DNA of 64,000 nt. Source: an uncultured Anaerolineae bacterium (GTDB taxonomy: Bacteria; Chloroflexota; Anaerolineae; JAADDB01). Of this stretch, positions 16,334 through 24,906 are shown one piece after another. Location of the stretch: NCBI GenBank assembly GCA_964413905.1, contig CAYPUG010000001.1:6962-70961 (forward strand), written 5' to 3'. A program made the position numbers and the translations under genes. The notes under the pieces are model-generated. The model saw nothing but the letters and a program-made list of their open reading frames with translations. It was not told where the DNA came from and made no database searches. Each line of letters begins with the position of its first letter. The first letter of the stretch is position 1.

Positions 16334-18373
16334 ATGAACTTCTTCATGTTCGTGCTCCTGTTCAGTGTACTGGTGCGCTTTCTGGCCTTTCTCGTCGTGC
16401 TGGAACTGTACTATCGCTTCCGTGATGTACACATTCTCCTGATTGCCATCACCGTGCTTCTCATGTGTGCCCCTCCGGGATTCCGCCTGTGGCAATTACT
16501 TCAAGAACCGCCCCCCCAGCACCTCGCGCTGTGGATGGTCGTCTCCCTCCCGGTCGTCAGCATCCTTATCCTCTTTTCCACCCTGATTTTCCACCGCTAC
16601 ATCCCGGTTATTCTAGAAACACAAAAACAACAAGACCGGATGCTCAACCAGTTACGGCTTCTCTATAGCCTAAGTGATACACTGGCCCGTTCAAAATCCC
16701 TAGATGAGGTGTACTCCAACGCGTTGACCAACATTCTCCAAGCGCTAAACGCGGATCGTGCCGCTGTACTCCTTCGGGATCCCGATAACGTCGTCCGGTT
16801 TAAGGCGTGGCATGGGCTTAGCGAACAATATCGGCAATCCGTAAAGGGCCACTTCCCCTGGTCCTTTGATGATCCCCACCCGGAACCCATTCTCATCGCA
16901 GATGCGCTCGATGACGAACGAACGCTCCCCTTCCGAGACGCCCTGGAACAGGAGGGCATTCGTGCCATGGGCTTCATCCCTCTATACTACAAGGGACACC
17001 TGCTGGGAAAATTCATGGTCTACTGGAATGAACCCCACCCGTTCACGGAGGATGAAATCCGGCTGGCCCAAACCGTAGCCAACCACATTGCCGCGGCCAT
17101 CATCCGCAAACAACAGGAAGAAATGCTCGCCGAACAAGCACAGCGCCTCAACGCGCTTATCCAATCATCCGGCATTCTTGTGGCCGGACACCCCCTTGAT
17201 GAGGTGCTTCAACGCATCATCGCCATCGCGAACCAAGTCATACGGTCCGATTACACGGCCATTGTCCTGTTCAAAGAAGACGAAAACGACTTCTATGAAG
17301 CATTGAACAACATGCCGACCCTGCCCACTCTTCACTACACCCGTCGTCCAGATGGCCTATCCCATTGGATTAAAGAACATCGGCGCCTTGTCATCGTGGA
17401 CAAAGTCGACGGGGACGGAAACTTTTACCCTCCCTTAGGGGAAGACGCCCCCAAGACCGTCAACGAATATATCCGCCGCATGGGCATTCAATCCTTCGCG
17501 GGTATCCCTCTCGTCATACGAGACAGATTCCTCGGCATCATGTGGGTACACAATACCCGGCCCTTCACCTTTCACGGCCAAGAAGCCATCCTCCAGGCCT
17601 TTGGATACCTCGTCTCCATTGCACTGGAGAACGCTTCCCTATACACTTCTCTTAAACGAGCCTTACAAGCTAAGGATGAGATGATACAGAACGTCTCCCA
17701 TGAACTGAGAACTCCATTAACCATTATCCGGGGTTACACCGAACTCCTCCTCGACCCTACCCTCTGGGATCTTCCCGAAGAATTGCACCCCATCCTGAGC
17801 ACCGTGGACCGACAAGCGCGCCACCTCCACACGCTGGTGGAACGATTACTGTTGCTGCAAGCACTTGACCAACGTCCACTGCATTGGCAAATCTTGCACT
17901 TGGATACCTGGCTAGAGGAGATCGTTTCCGATTGGTACATCCGGGCCCAAAAACAAGGCCTTCACCTCCATCTAGACATTGAAAAACCTCTCCCCCCCGT
18001 CCGCGCCGACCCGGACTTGTTACGGGAAATCGTGATCAACCTCCTGGACAATGCGTTCAAATTTACCCCCCAAGGGCGCAACATCTATGTACGAGCCTTT
18101 ACTGAGAAACATGAAGTCATCGTCAGTGTCCAGGATGAAGGCGAGGGTATCCCCCCGGACAAATTGAACACCATCTTCCAACGCTTCTACCAAATCAACG
18201 GCAGCATCCACCGTAAGTACAGTGGTATGGGCATTGGCCTTTCCTTATGTCAAGCCATCATCGAACGACACGGTGGCCGCATATGGGCCGAAAGCGAAGG
18301 ACTCGGCCACGGCAGCACGTTCTCCTTTGCCCTTCCAATTCACACCGCGGGTGGAGATGAACATCATGGCTGA
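16334..18373 (+). CDS. Sensor histidine kinase with an N-terminal TM region, tandem GAF domains, HisKA and HATPase_c
   Basis: H-box ELRTPLTIIRGYTELL. G-boxes GMGIGLSL and GHGSTFSF. Confidence 0.8.
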   Translation: MNFFMFVLLFSVLVRFLAFLVVLELYYRFRDVHILLIAITVLLMCAPPGFRLWQLLQEPPPQHLALWMVVSLPVVSILILFSTLIFHRYIPVILETQKQQDRMLNQLRLLYSLSDTLARSKSLDEVYSNALTNILQALNADRAAVLLRDPDNVVRFKAWHGLSEQYRQSVKGHFPWSFDDPHPEPILIADALDDERTLPFRDALEQEGIRAMGFIPLYYKGHLLGKFMVYWNEPHPFTEDEIRLAQTVANHIAAAIIRKQQEEMLAEQAQRLNALIQSSGILVAGHPLDEVLQRIIAIANQVIRSDYTAIVLFKEDENDFYEALNNMPTLPTLHYTRRPDGLSHWIKEHRRLVIVDKVDGDGNFYPPLGEDAPKTVNEYIRRMGIQSFAGIPLVIRDRFLGIMWVHNTRPFTFHGQEAILQAFGYLVSIALENASLYTSLKRALQAKDEMIQNVSHELRTPLTIIRGYTELLLDPTLWDLPEELHPILSTVDRQARHLHTLVERLLLLQALDQRPLHWQILHLDTWLEEIVSDWYIRAQKQGLHLHLDIEKPLPPVRADPDLLREIVINLLDNAFKFTPQGRNIYVRAFTEKHEVIVSVQDEGEGIPPDKLNTIFQRFYQINGSIHRKYSGMGIGLSLCQAIIERHGGRIWAESEGLGHGSTFSFALPIHTAGGDEHHG

Positions 18374-19631
18374 GCGCGGTCGAATAAACTTGCGCCAACG
18401 ACTGCGTCGCCTGGGAACGCGCAGAAGCACCCGACCTACCCCTCAGCCCACTCCGTCGCCGGCTCGTGCCGTCCAGGAACATCCTCCATTGACCCACGTT
18501 ATCGGCGGGGATGAGATCTCCACGTCTCGGGGCACATTTCACCTGCGGGAAATCACCTACGACCCGCATCACATCCACGGTCGTTACCCACTCGGTCGCA
18601 TTTTGGACGCGCCCCTTCACCCCCTCAGATACTTAAGCACCAGGGCCTTGTCCGTGCTCCCACCGGTCACAGAGATGGCCTTTCTCGATACGGAGACCCT
18701 AGGGCTCTCCCGCGGAACGGGCACTACCGTCTTCCTGGTCGGACTGGGTTTCATCACCCCAACAAAAATTTACGTCCACCAGTATTTCATCCGAGACCTC
18801 CACGAAGAAGCCGCCATGCTAGAACACCTGGCAACGGCTCTCGCCCGAGCAACGATGGTTGTTACGTATAACGGTCGCTCCTTCGACCTCCCCCTTCTGA
18901 ACACCCGTTACACCTTGCACCTCATTCCCTCCCCACTGGAGAAGTTAGGGCACGTAGATCTCCTGGTGCAAGCCCGGCGCCTGTGGGGGCACCGGTTGCC
19001 CCGTTGCACCTTAGGGGATGTGGAACGAGGCATCCTCGGCCACCATCGGGAAGAATTGGACATCCCCGGCTGGTTGGTTCCCGTTCTGTATCGGGATTAC
19101 CTGCGCACCCGCGATCCGACACCTTTACGCCAAGTGTTTTACCACAACCTCCACGACATCCTCTCCCTCATCGCGCTAACCGACATCGTGCTTCGAGCCT
19201 GGGACGATCCTTGGTCAGAGCCGAGCGTCTACCCAGAGGACTTGGTAAGTCTGGCGATGTACTTCATGACCCATGGCGAGGAGGAACGGGCAGAAGTCCT
19301 CCTGCGTTACGCCATGCACCATGTCCATCACCCCCAACGTCGGCTGGATGTTTACCGAACGTTGGGACGGCTCCTCAAGCGCCGAGAACAGTGGGCCGAA
19401 GCCCTGTCCCTGTGGGAAACCTGGACCCAAGAACTCCCACTGCCCGACCTCACCCCGTTTGAAGAACTGGCGAAATATTATGAATGGCGGGCGCGCGACT
19501 TCCGGCAGGCACTCCACTGGACCGACGCGGGATTAGCCATCCTGGATCATGCGCCTCAAGATGTCCAACATCGATGGCGGCCAACGTTGGAACACCGTCG
19601 TCGTCGCCTTGTCCGACGTTTAAGGAGCTGA
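18354..19631 (+). CDS. YprB-like RNase H-fold predicted 3'-5' exonuclease with a C-terminal TPR-like region. The alternative start is 18366.
   Basis: AFLDTETLGL ... TTVFLVGLGF ... VTYNGRSFDLPLL, characteristic of the COG3359 RNase_H_2 domain. Start overlaps the kinase stop. Confidence 0.6.
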   Translation, partial: EMNIMAERGRINLRQRLRRLGTRRSTRPTPQPTPSPARAVQEHPPLTHVIGGDEISTSRGTFHLREITYDPHHIHGRYPLGRILDAPLHPLRYLSTRALSVLPPVTEMAFLDTETLGLSRGTGTTVFLVGLGFITPTKIYVHQYFIRDLHEEAAMLEHLATALARATMVVTYNGRSFDLPLLNTRYTLHLIPSPLEKLGHVDLLVQARRLWGHRLPRCTLGDVERGILGHHREELDIPGWLVPVLYRDYLRTRDPTPLRQVFYHNLHDILSLIALTDIVLRAWDDPWSEPSVYPEDLVSLAMYFMTHGEEERAEVLLRYAMHHVHHPQRRLDVYRTLGRLLKRREQWAEALSLWETWTQELPLPDLTPFEELAKYYEWRARDFRQALHWTDAGLAILDHAPQDVQHRWRPTLEHRRRRLVRRLRS

Positions 19632-19640
19632 GGTCCCACA

Positions 19641-22016
19641 ATGTGGAAGAAGAGCGTATGTCTTATCATTCTCTTGTGGGTTTTGACCGCGTGCCACTCA
19701 ACGGGCACACAGCCTTTAGCATCCCCCACATCTTTAACATCCCCTCTCCCCTCGCGACCGGCCCCCATTTCCCCATCCCCGCGCCTCTCCTACACCGAAC
19801 CGCCCGGCACGGCCGTGGCTCACCTTCCTTTGATGAGCCACCACAGCGCGGCCACGGCCACCCTGGAGTCCTCCCCTACGCTTCCCACGCCCACGAAACA
19901 TGCCCCCTCGCCAGCTCCCACCCATACCCCAACACCGCTCTTCTCGCGACGAACCCATATTCCTCTGGTATTCGGGAATCCTCCCCATCACGAAGAGGAG
20001 CCCCTAGTAGTGACAGGTCATCCCTTCGCGCTCATTGTGGACGCGTCGGCCTTCACTGCCCATCCCTGGGACGATCACGGGATATCCCGCTGGACAGCAC
20101 AACAATCGGTCATTCCGCGCGTGCTCCGGGACAGCCTGGCCCATGCCCGAATTGCCGTACAGCGATTGGGGGGAGAGGCCACAACCTGTGAAGGGAACAC
20201 CCAAACACTCATTACCATGCACCCCCTGCCCACCATCGACTGGACACAGATATGGGGGGGGCTCCAACCCACCGGAACCGTCCCTTTGGCCGAAGCCCTC
20301 TTGCAGGCCGCAAACGCCTTTCCGGCAGGAGTCCAACGGCCTATCTTGCTCATTTCTGCTGGAGAGGAGATATGTGGAGAAGATCCCTGCAATGCGGCTC
20401 GCGTGTTGGAACGCTCCGACGCAGATGTCACCGTGCACGTTGTGGACATCGGTGACGAGAACGAAGGACAATCCGTTTTACGTTGTATTGCCGAGGTCAC
20501 AGGCGGCACATACGCGCACGCAACCGGCCCCGATGACTTGGCGAGCGCTTTGCGTACGGCCATCCACCACGCGTTGGGGGGCCAACTCCGTGTGGAGGTG
20601 GTGGGTGTGAACGGACGTCCCCTCTTTCCTGTCGTCGTGGTGGGGCGAGGCGACGAAATCATCCGCACTTTTGACGCGTGGACCGATGCGGACCTGGCAG
20701 AAGGGACGTATACGGTGACGGTGGGCACTCCGTTACCCGGCATCTTCGAAAACGTGGTCATTCACCCAGGACGGCGGACCAAATTGCACATTCCGCTGGG
20801 GGAACTCCACGTGCGCCTGGTAGACACGCAACAGCGCCCCATTGCTGCCGAAATCAGCCTCTCGACGCCCCCCTTGGGGACGTTCTTTGGCAGTGAAGGG
20901 GAAAACATTATTGTGCCCCTGCCCACAGGATATTACACAGTCAGCGCATCCTTGGAAACGTCGCCGCCCCTAGCCTTCGCGCGCCATGTGCCCGTAGTGG
21001 TGGGTTCGGTGACCGAACGCACGGTACGGGTGCCGGTAGCGCGACTTCGGGTGGAACTCATCCACCGTGGCCAACCCGGCAGCGGGTTCATCACTCTATC
21101 CCGATGGGAAAACCCGGATGTCCAGATCGCGGGGGGATGGACAAACGGGGAGATGACGTTCCTGGTCCCCCAGGGATGGTATCAACTGGACATCGGTCAA
21201 TACGCGGAGCCAACCGACGCCCACGTTCTGATCCAACAACGCGTGGATGATCCCGTACACACGCCGGACATTCACTACATTCACCACGTAGACACGGGAA
21301 CCCTCCGAGTCCTGGACACCGCGTCCGACGGCGCATCGGTTTCCGGGTGGGTGCGGGTATATCCCGCGCGCCGGACTTCCCCCATCCTAGCCGAAGGCCC
21401 CATCCTCACCTCCTTCACCCTGCCTACCGGCATGTACGACGTTCAAGTTGTTGAGGAAAACGGGCGTTCTCTTTGGGCATGGGATATCGTGCTCCAACCC
21501 CAACAGCAGGTGGATCTGACCGTGCTACGGCCCCAAGCACGGGTGTGGATTCAAGCCACTACCCCGTGGGGAGAACCGCGGGTCGCCCACACGGTCCTTT
21601 ACCGGGAACCCGACCACACCCCCACGCTGGACGTGCACATCCCATGGCGGGCCGTCCTTCCCCCCGGCACGTACCAAGCGCAACTGGACGAATACAGTGC
21701 GGTCCCTCATACTACACTCTCCGAACCGTTCACCGTCCAAGACGGAGACACATACACACTGACGGGATCCCTCCCGCTGGCGTCACTCACCTTGGTCCCC
21801 ACCGACGTGGACGAGGTAGAAGTCACCATCTACGCCCAAGCCGATCCAACCACTCCCCTGGGAGGAGTACGCTCTGGGCTTCCCCACCTGCTTCTACCTG
21901 AGGGACATTATGCCTTCCACCTAAAAGATGTGGATAATCCGGAACGCTACGTGTGGGTGAGGGATGTTCGTCTGGCCGTAGGTGAACACCGGGAGGTTAT
22001 CGTTCACTTCCCCTGA
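19641..22016 (+). CDS. Lipoprotein with a Pro/Ser/Thr-rich linker, a von Willebrand factor A domain and repeated Ig-like/carboxypeptidase-regulatory-like beta-sandwich domains
   Basis: Lipobox LTAC. The VWA fold (ALIVDAS ... ILLISAGEE ... TVHVVDIGDE) is called from overall composition; the MIDAS DxSxS motif was not confirmed. Confidence 0.6.
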   Translation: MWKKSVCLIILLWVLTACHSTGTQPLASPTSLTSPLPSRPAPISPSPRLSYTEPPGTAVAHLPLMSHHSAATATLESSPTLPTPTKHAPSPAPTHTPTPLFSRRTHIPLVFGNPPHHEEEPLVVTGHPFALIVDASAFTAHPWDDHGISRWTAQQSVIPRVLRDSLAHARIAVQRLGGEATTCEGNTQTLITMHPLPTIDWTQIWGGLQPTGTVPLAEALLQAANAFPAGVQRPILLISAGEEICGEDPCNAARVLERSDADVTVHVVDIGDENEGQSVLRCIAEVTGGTYAHATGPDDLASALRTAIHHALGGQLRVEVVGVNGRPLFPVVVVGRGDEIIRTFDAWTDADLAEGTYTVTVGTPLPGIFENVVIHPGRRTKLHIPLGELHVRLVDTQQRPIAAEISLSTPPLGTFFGSEGENIIVPLPTGYYTVSASLETSPPLAFARHVPVVVGSVTERTVRVPVARLRVELIHRGQPGSGFITLSRWENPDVQIAGGWTNGEMTFLVPQGWYQLDIGQYAEPTDAHVLIQQRVDDPVHTPDIHYIHHVDTGTLRVLDTASDGASVSGWVRVYPARRTSPILAEGPILTSFTLPTGMYDVQVVEENGRSLWAWDIVLQPQQQVDLTVLRPQARVWIQATTPWGEPRVAHTVLYREPDHTPTLDVHIPWRAVLPPGTYQAQLDEYSAVPHTTLSEPFTVQDGDTYTLTGSLPLASLTLVPTDVDEVEVTIYAQADPTTPLGGVRSGLPHLLLPEGHYAFHLKDVDNPERYVWVRDVRLAVGEHREVIVHFP

Positions 22017-22077
22017 AGTGCGTTTAGATGGGTCCGTCAATCAGCACTTCGTTTCGAATGGAGACGGAGGTGGATCT

Positions 22078-22968
22078 ATGACACACTTACTGGTGGTTAT
22101 TCTAAATGATTTGCATGTCCTGCCCGATTTGCTGGACGCGTGGAAGCGCATTGGGGTTCCTGGTGTGACCCTGTGGAACAGCGTGGGAGGGTATCAAGCA
22201 GAAAATTGGCTACAAAAGATGGGGTTAGGAGGCCTAGGCCGTCTCCTAGGAGGCGAAAGCCAACAACGAACTCTCATTAGCCTTATCGATGACGACGACT
22301 TGTTAGAGCAGGCGATCGCCGAGGCCGACGAGATCGTCCAAGGCTTTGACCGTCCCCACAACGGTATTCTCTTTGTGCTCCCGGTGACCCGGGCTGTGGG
22401 ATTACGCAAGTGGACGGTGGAGGCCGAAGAGCAAGCGCGCCGAGAGGAGGAGGCCCGTACCGGTCTGCTTAAACGAGACCGGATGGCATATCAGGACCTG
22501 GTCGTGGCGGACATTATGGACGTGCTACGCTTGGATCCCGCGATTGTGTCCGCCGACGCCGCGGTAACCGACATCATCAAAACCATGCTCGCGCACCCGA
22601 ACGTGCAAGTGGCTTGTGTGGTCAATGAAGAGCAGCGGCTTGTGGGCGTGATTGATGTCCCCAGTCTCGCGGACGCCTTCCTCCTCACCGTGTTCCCCGA
22701 GGAGTTTATGAGCGCGGTTCAAGATGTGGCCGAAGCAGAGGAATTCGCGCGGCGGACACACATGCACCAAGCTTCGGATATCATGCGCGAGCCGGTGTAC
22801 GCTCACCTCAACGATTCGGTGCGCTCCGCCTTCCATACAATGCACCAAGCCAAATTGCCCGGCATTCCTGTGGTGGATGAGCAGTATCACGTGATCGGCT
22901 ACATTAACTTGCTGGAACTTATGGGCCTCTGCCTGGAATCCTCCATCCACCGAGGAGGGCCACAATGA
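22078..22968 (+). CDS. PII-like (GlnB-fold) N-terminal domain fused to a tandem CBS pair
   Basis: A beta-alpha-beta/T-loop/beta-alpha-beta pattern (LLVVILNDLHVLPDLLDAWKRIGVPGVTLWNSVGGYQ) followed by two CBS motifs. GGAGGTGGATCT Shine-Dalgarno. The 4-bp overlap with the next gene suggests coupling. Confidence 0.6.
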   Translation: MTHLLVVILNDLHVLPDLLDAWKRIGVPGVTLWNSVGGYQAENWLQKMGLGGLGRLLGGESQQRTLISLIDDDDLLEQAIAEADEIVQGFDRPHNGILFVLPVTRAVGLRKWTVEAEEQARREEEARTGLLKRDRMAYQDLVVADIMDVLRLDPAIVSADAAVTDIIKTMLAHPNVQVACVVNEEQRLVGVIDVPSLADAFLLTVFPEEFMSAVQDVAEAEEFARRTHMHQASDIMREPVYAHLNDSVRSAFHTMHQAKLPGIPVVDEQYHVIGYINLLELMGLCLESSIHRGGPQ

Positions 22969-24230
22969 ACGACGCGTGGATTGCCGCGGGTATCTTTCTC
23001 CTGACGTACGCGATGATCGTGAGCGAACGCGTGCCGCGCACCACCGCCGCCTTGGCCGGTGGCATGTTGATGATCCTCCTGGGCATTCTCCCCCAGGAAG
23101 AAGCGTTTCACGCGGTGGATCTGAACGTACTTTTCCTCCTAACGGGCATGATGGTCATTGCCCACCTGATGGGCGAAACCGGCTTTTTTCAGTGGTTGGC
23201 TGTCCACACGGTCCGCCTGAGCCAAGGCCGCCCCGTCCAGGTCATGGTGTTCATTGCGCTCATTACAGCCTTTGCGTCCGCATTCCTGGACAACGTAACG
23301 GTGGTGGTCCTCATTGCACCGGTAACATTGTACGTCGCCAGCACCTTAGGAGTCAGCCCTGTTCCTTTCCTCATCACGGAGGTGATGGCCTCCAACATCG
23401 GTGGGGCAACGACGCTCATCGGAGACCCACCGAATATTCTTATTGCCAGCCGAGCGAACATTGACTTTCTCCAGTTCCTCCTGAACATGGCACCGCCGGC
23501 TCTCCTCTCCCTGCTCGCTTATGTGGGCATCATGGTCGTCCAATTCCGGCACGCGCTTACCGTACCCGCGGAACGTCGACAGATGCTCATGCGCCTTAAG
23601 ACAGAGGGACTCATCACGAACAGAGCTCTGTTGGTGCAAACTCTCACCGTGCTGGCTGTGGTCATTGTGGGATTTCTCCTTCACGGCGTGCTCCACCTGG
23701 AGCCGGCCACCATTGCCCTTAGCGGCGCGACCTTGCTCCTGCTGTGGACAAAACGGGATCCGCACGCCATCTTTCAACATGTGGAATGGGCTACGTTGAT
23801 GTTCTTTGTAGGACTCTTCATCGCAGTGGAGGGGTTGGTCGCCACGGGGGTGATTGAACGTGTTGCCCACGCGCTGGCGCGCTTAACCTCCAGGAATGTA
23901 CGTATCACCACGTTCTTCATTCTGTGGTTCTCCGCGCTGGCCTCGGGAATCGTGGATAATATCCCCTATACCGCAACCATGCTCCCCATCGTGGAAACAC
24001 TGGGCCGGGTCATGCCTATCCGACCGTTGTGGTGGGCCCTCGCTCTGGGCGCGGATTTGGGGGGAAACTTGACCCTGGTGGGCGCTTCGGCCAATGTGGT
24101 AGTCGCCAGCATTGCTGAACGCAGTGGACACAAGTTAACGTTCGGCGAGTTTTTCCGCTACGGTCTGACAACCGTTACGGTCTCTTTGATTATCTCGTCC
24201 ATCTGGCTGTGGGTCATGTACCTCTCCTGA
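22965..24230 (+). CDS. ArsB/NhaD (CitMHS-type) family permease
   Basis: About 12 TM helices with a duplicated ion-transporter architecture. Confidence 0.7.
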   Translation: MNDAWIAAGIFLLTYAMIVSERVPRTTAALAGGMLMILLGILPQEEAFHAVDLNVLFLLTGMMVIAHLMGETGFFQWLAVHTVRLSQGRPVQVMVFIALITAFASAFLDNVTVVVLIAPVTLYVASTLGVSPVPFLITEVMASNIGGATTLIGDPPNILIASRANIDFLQFLLNMAPPALLSLLAYVGIMVVQFRHALTVPAERRQMLMRLKTEGLITNRALLVQTLTVLAVVIVGFLLHGVLHLEPATIALSGATLLLLWTKRDPHAIFQHVEWATLMFFVGLFIAVEGLVATGVIERVAHALARLTSRNVRITTFFILWFSALASGIVDNIPYTATMLPIVETLGRVMPIRPLWWALALGADLGGNLTLVGASANVVVASIAERSGHKLTFGEFFRYGLTTVTVSLIISSIWLWVMYLS

Positions 24231-24263
24231 TAGAACGATAAAACTCTGTGTACATACCGTGGC

Positions 24264-24896
24264 TTAAAGAGAAAGAAACGGATTCAAGCGACGTTCGGTA
24301 CCCACGGTGGTAAACTCGCCGTGACCGGGCAGGAGTTGATAATCATCGGGCAGCGCGAGGATAACGCGACGGATGCTCTCCATAAGGGTCGAGAAATCAC
24401 CTCCGGGAATATCCGTCCGGCCAATGCTGCCCGCGAAAATAACATCGCCCACAAAGGCCCGACGGTGGATGTGGTCTATGAGCGTGACCGATCCCGGGGA
24501 ATGACCCGGCGTGTGTGCGATCTCCAACGCGACCCCACACACGGGAAAAGGCATCCCCGGCTCCAGGTGAGCGTCCACCTTGGGCATGGGGCCGGGATCA
24601 AACCCCAACCATGAACGGGTAATCTCCCGCTGAACGGCCAATACCGGCTCATCGTCCGGATGCAGGTAAAAGGGAACGGGCCGCTCTTGCCGTAACGCGT
24701 CCACCGCTAACACATGGTCAAAATGGGCATGAGTGGCAATAATCGCTTGCAACCGCCACCCGTGCCGCCGTAAAACCGCTTGAATGGCCGTTGGATGGCC
24801 ACCGGGATCAATGACCACGGCCTCGTTCGTGTCCTCACAGCCGAGAACAAAACAATTAACTTGCAAGGGACCCACCACCACGTGTTCCAAAACCAT
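24264..24896 (-). CDS. MBL-fold metallo-hydrolase (glyoxalase II-like)
   Basis: HAHFDH zinc-binding motif. Confidence 0.8.
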   Translation of the reverse strand: MVLEHVVVGPLQVNCFVLGCEDTNEAVVIDPGGHPTAIQAVLRRHGWRLQAIIATHAHFDHVLAVDALRQERPVPFYLHPDDEPVLAVQREITRSWLGFDPGPMPKVDAHLEPGMPFPVCGVALEIAHTPGHSPGSVTLIDHIHRRAFVGDVIFAGSIGRTDIPGGDFSTLMESIRRVILALPDDYQLLPGHGEFTTVGTERRLNPFLSL

Positions 24897-24906
24897 TCAT
24901 CCCCCC

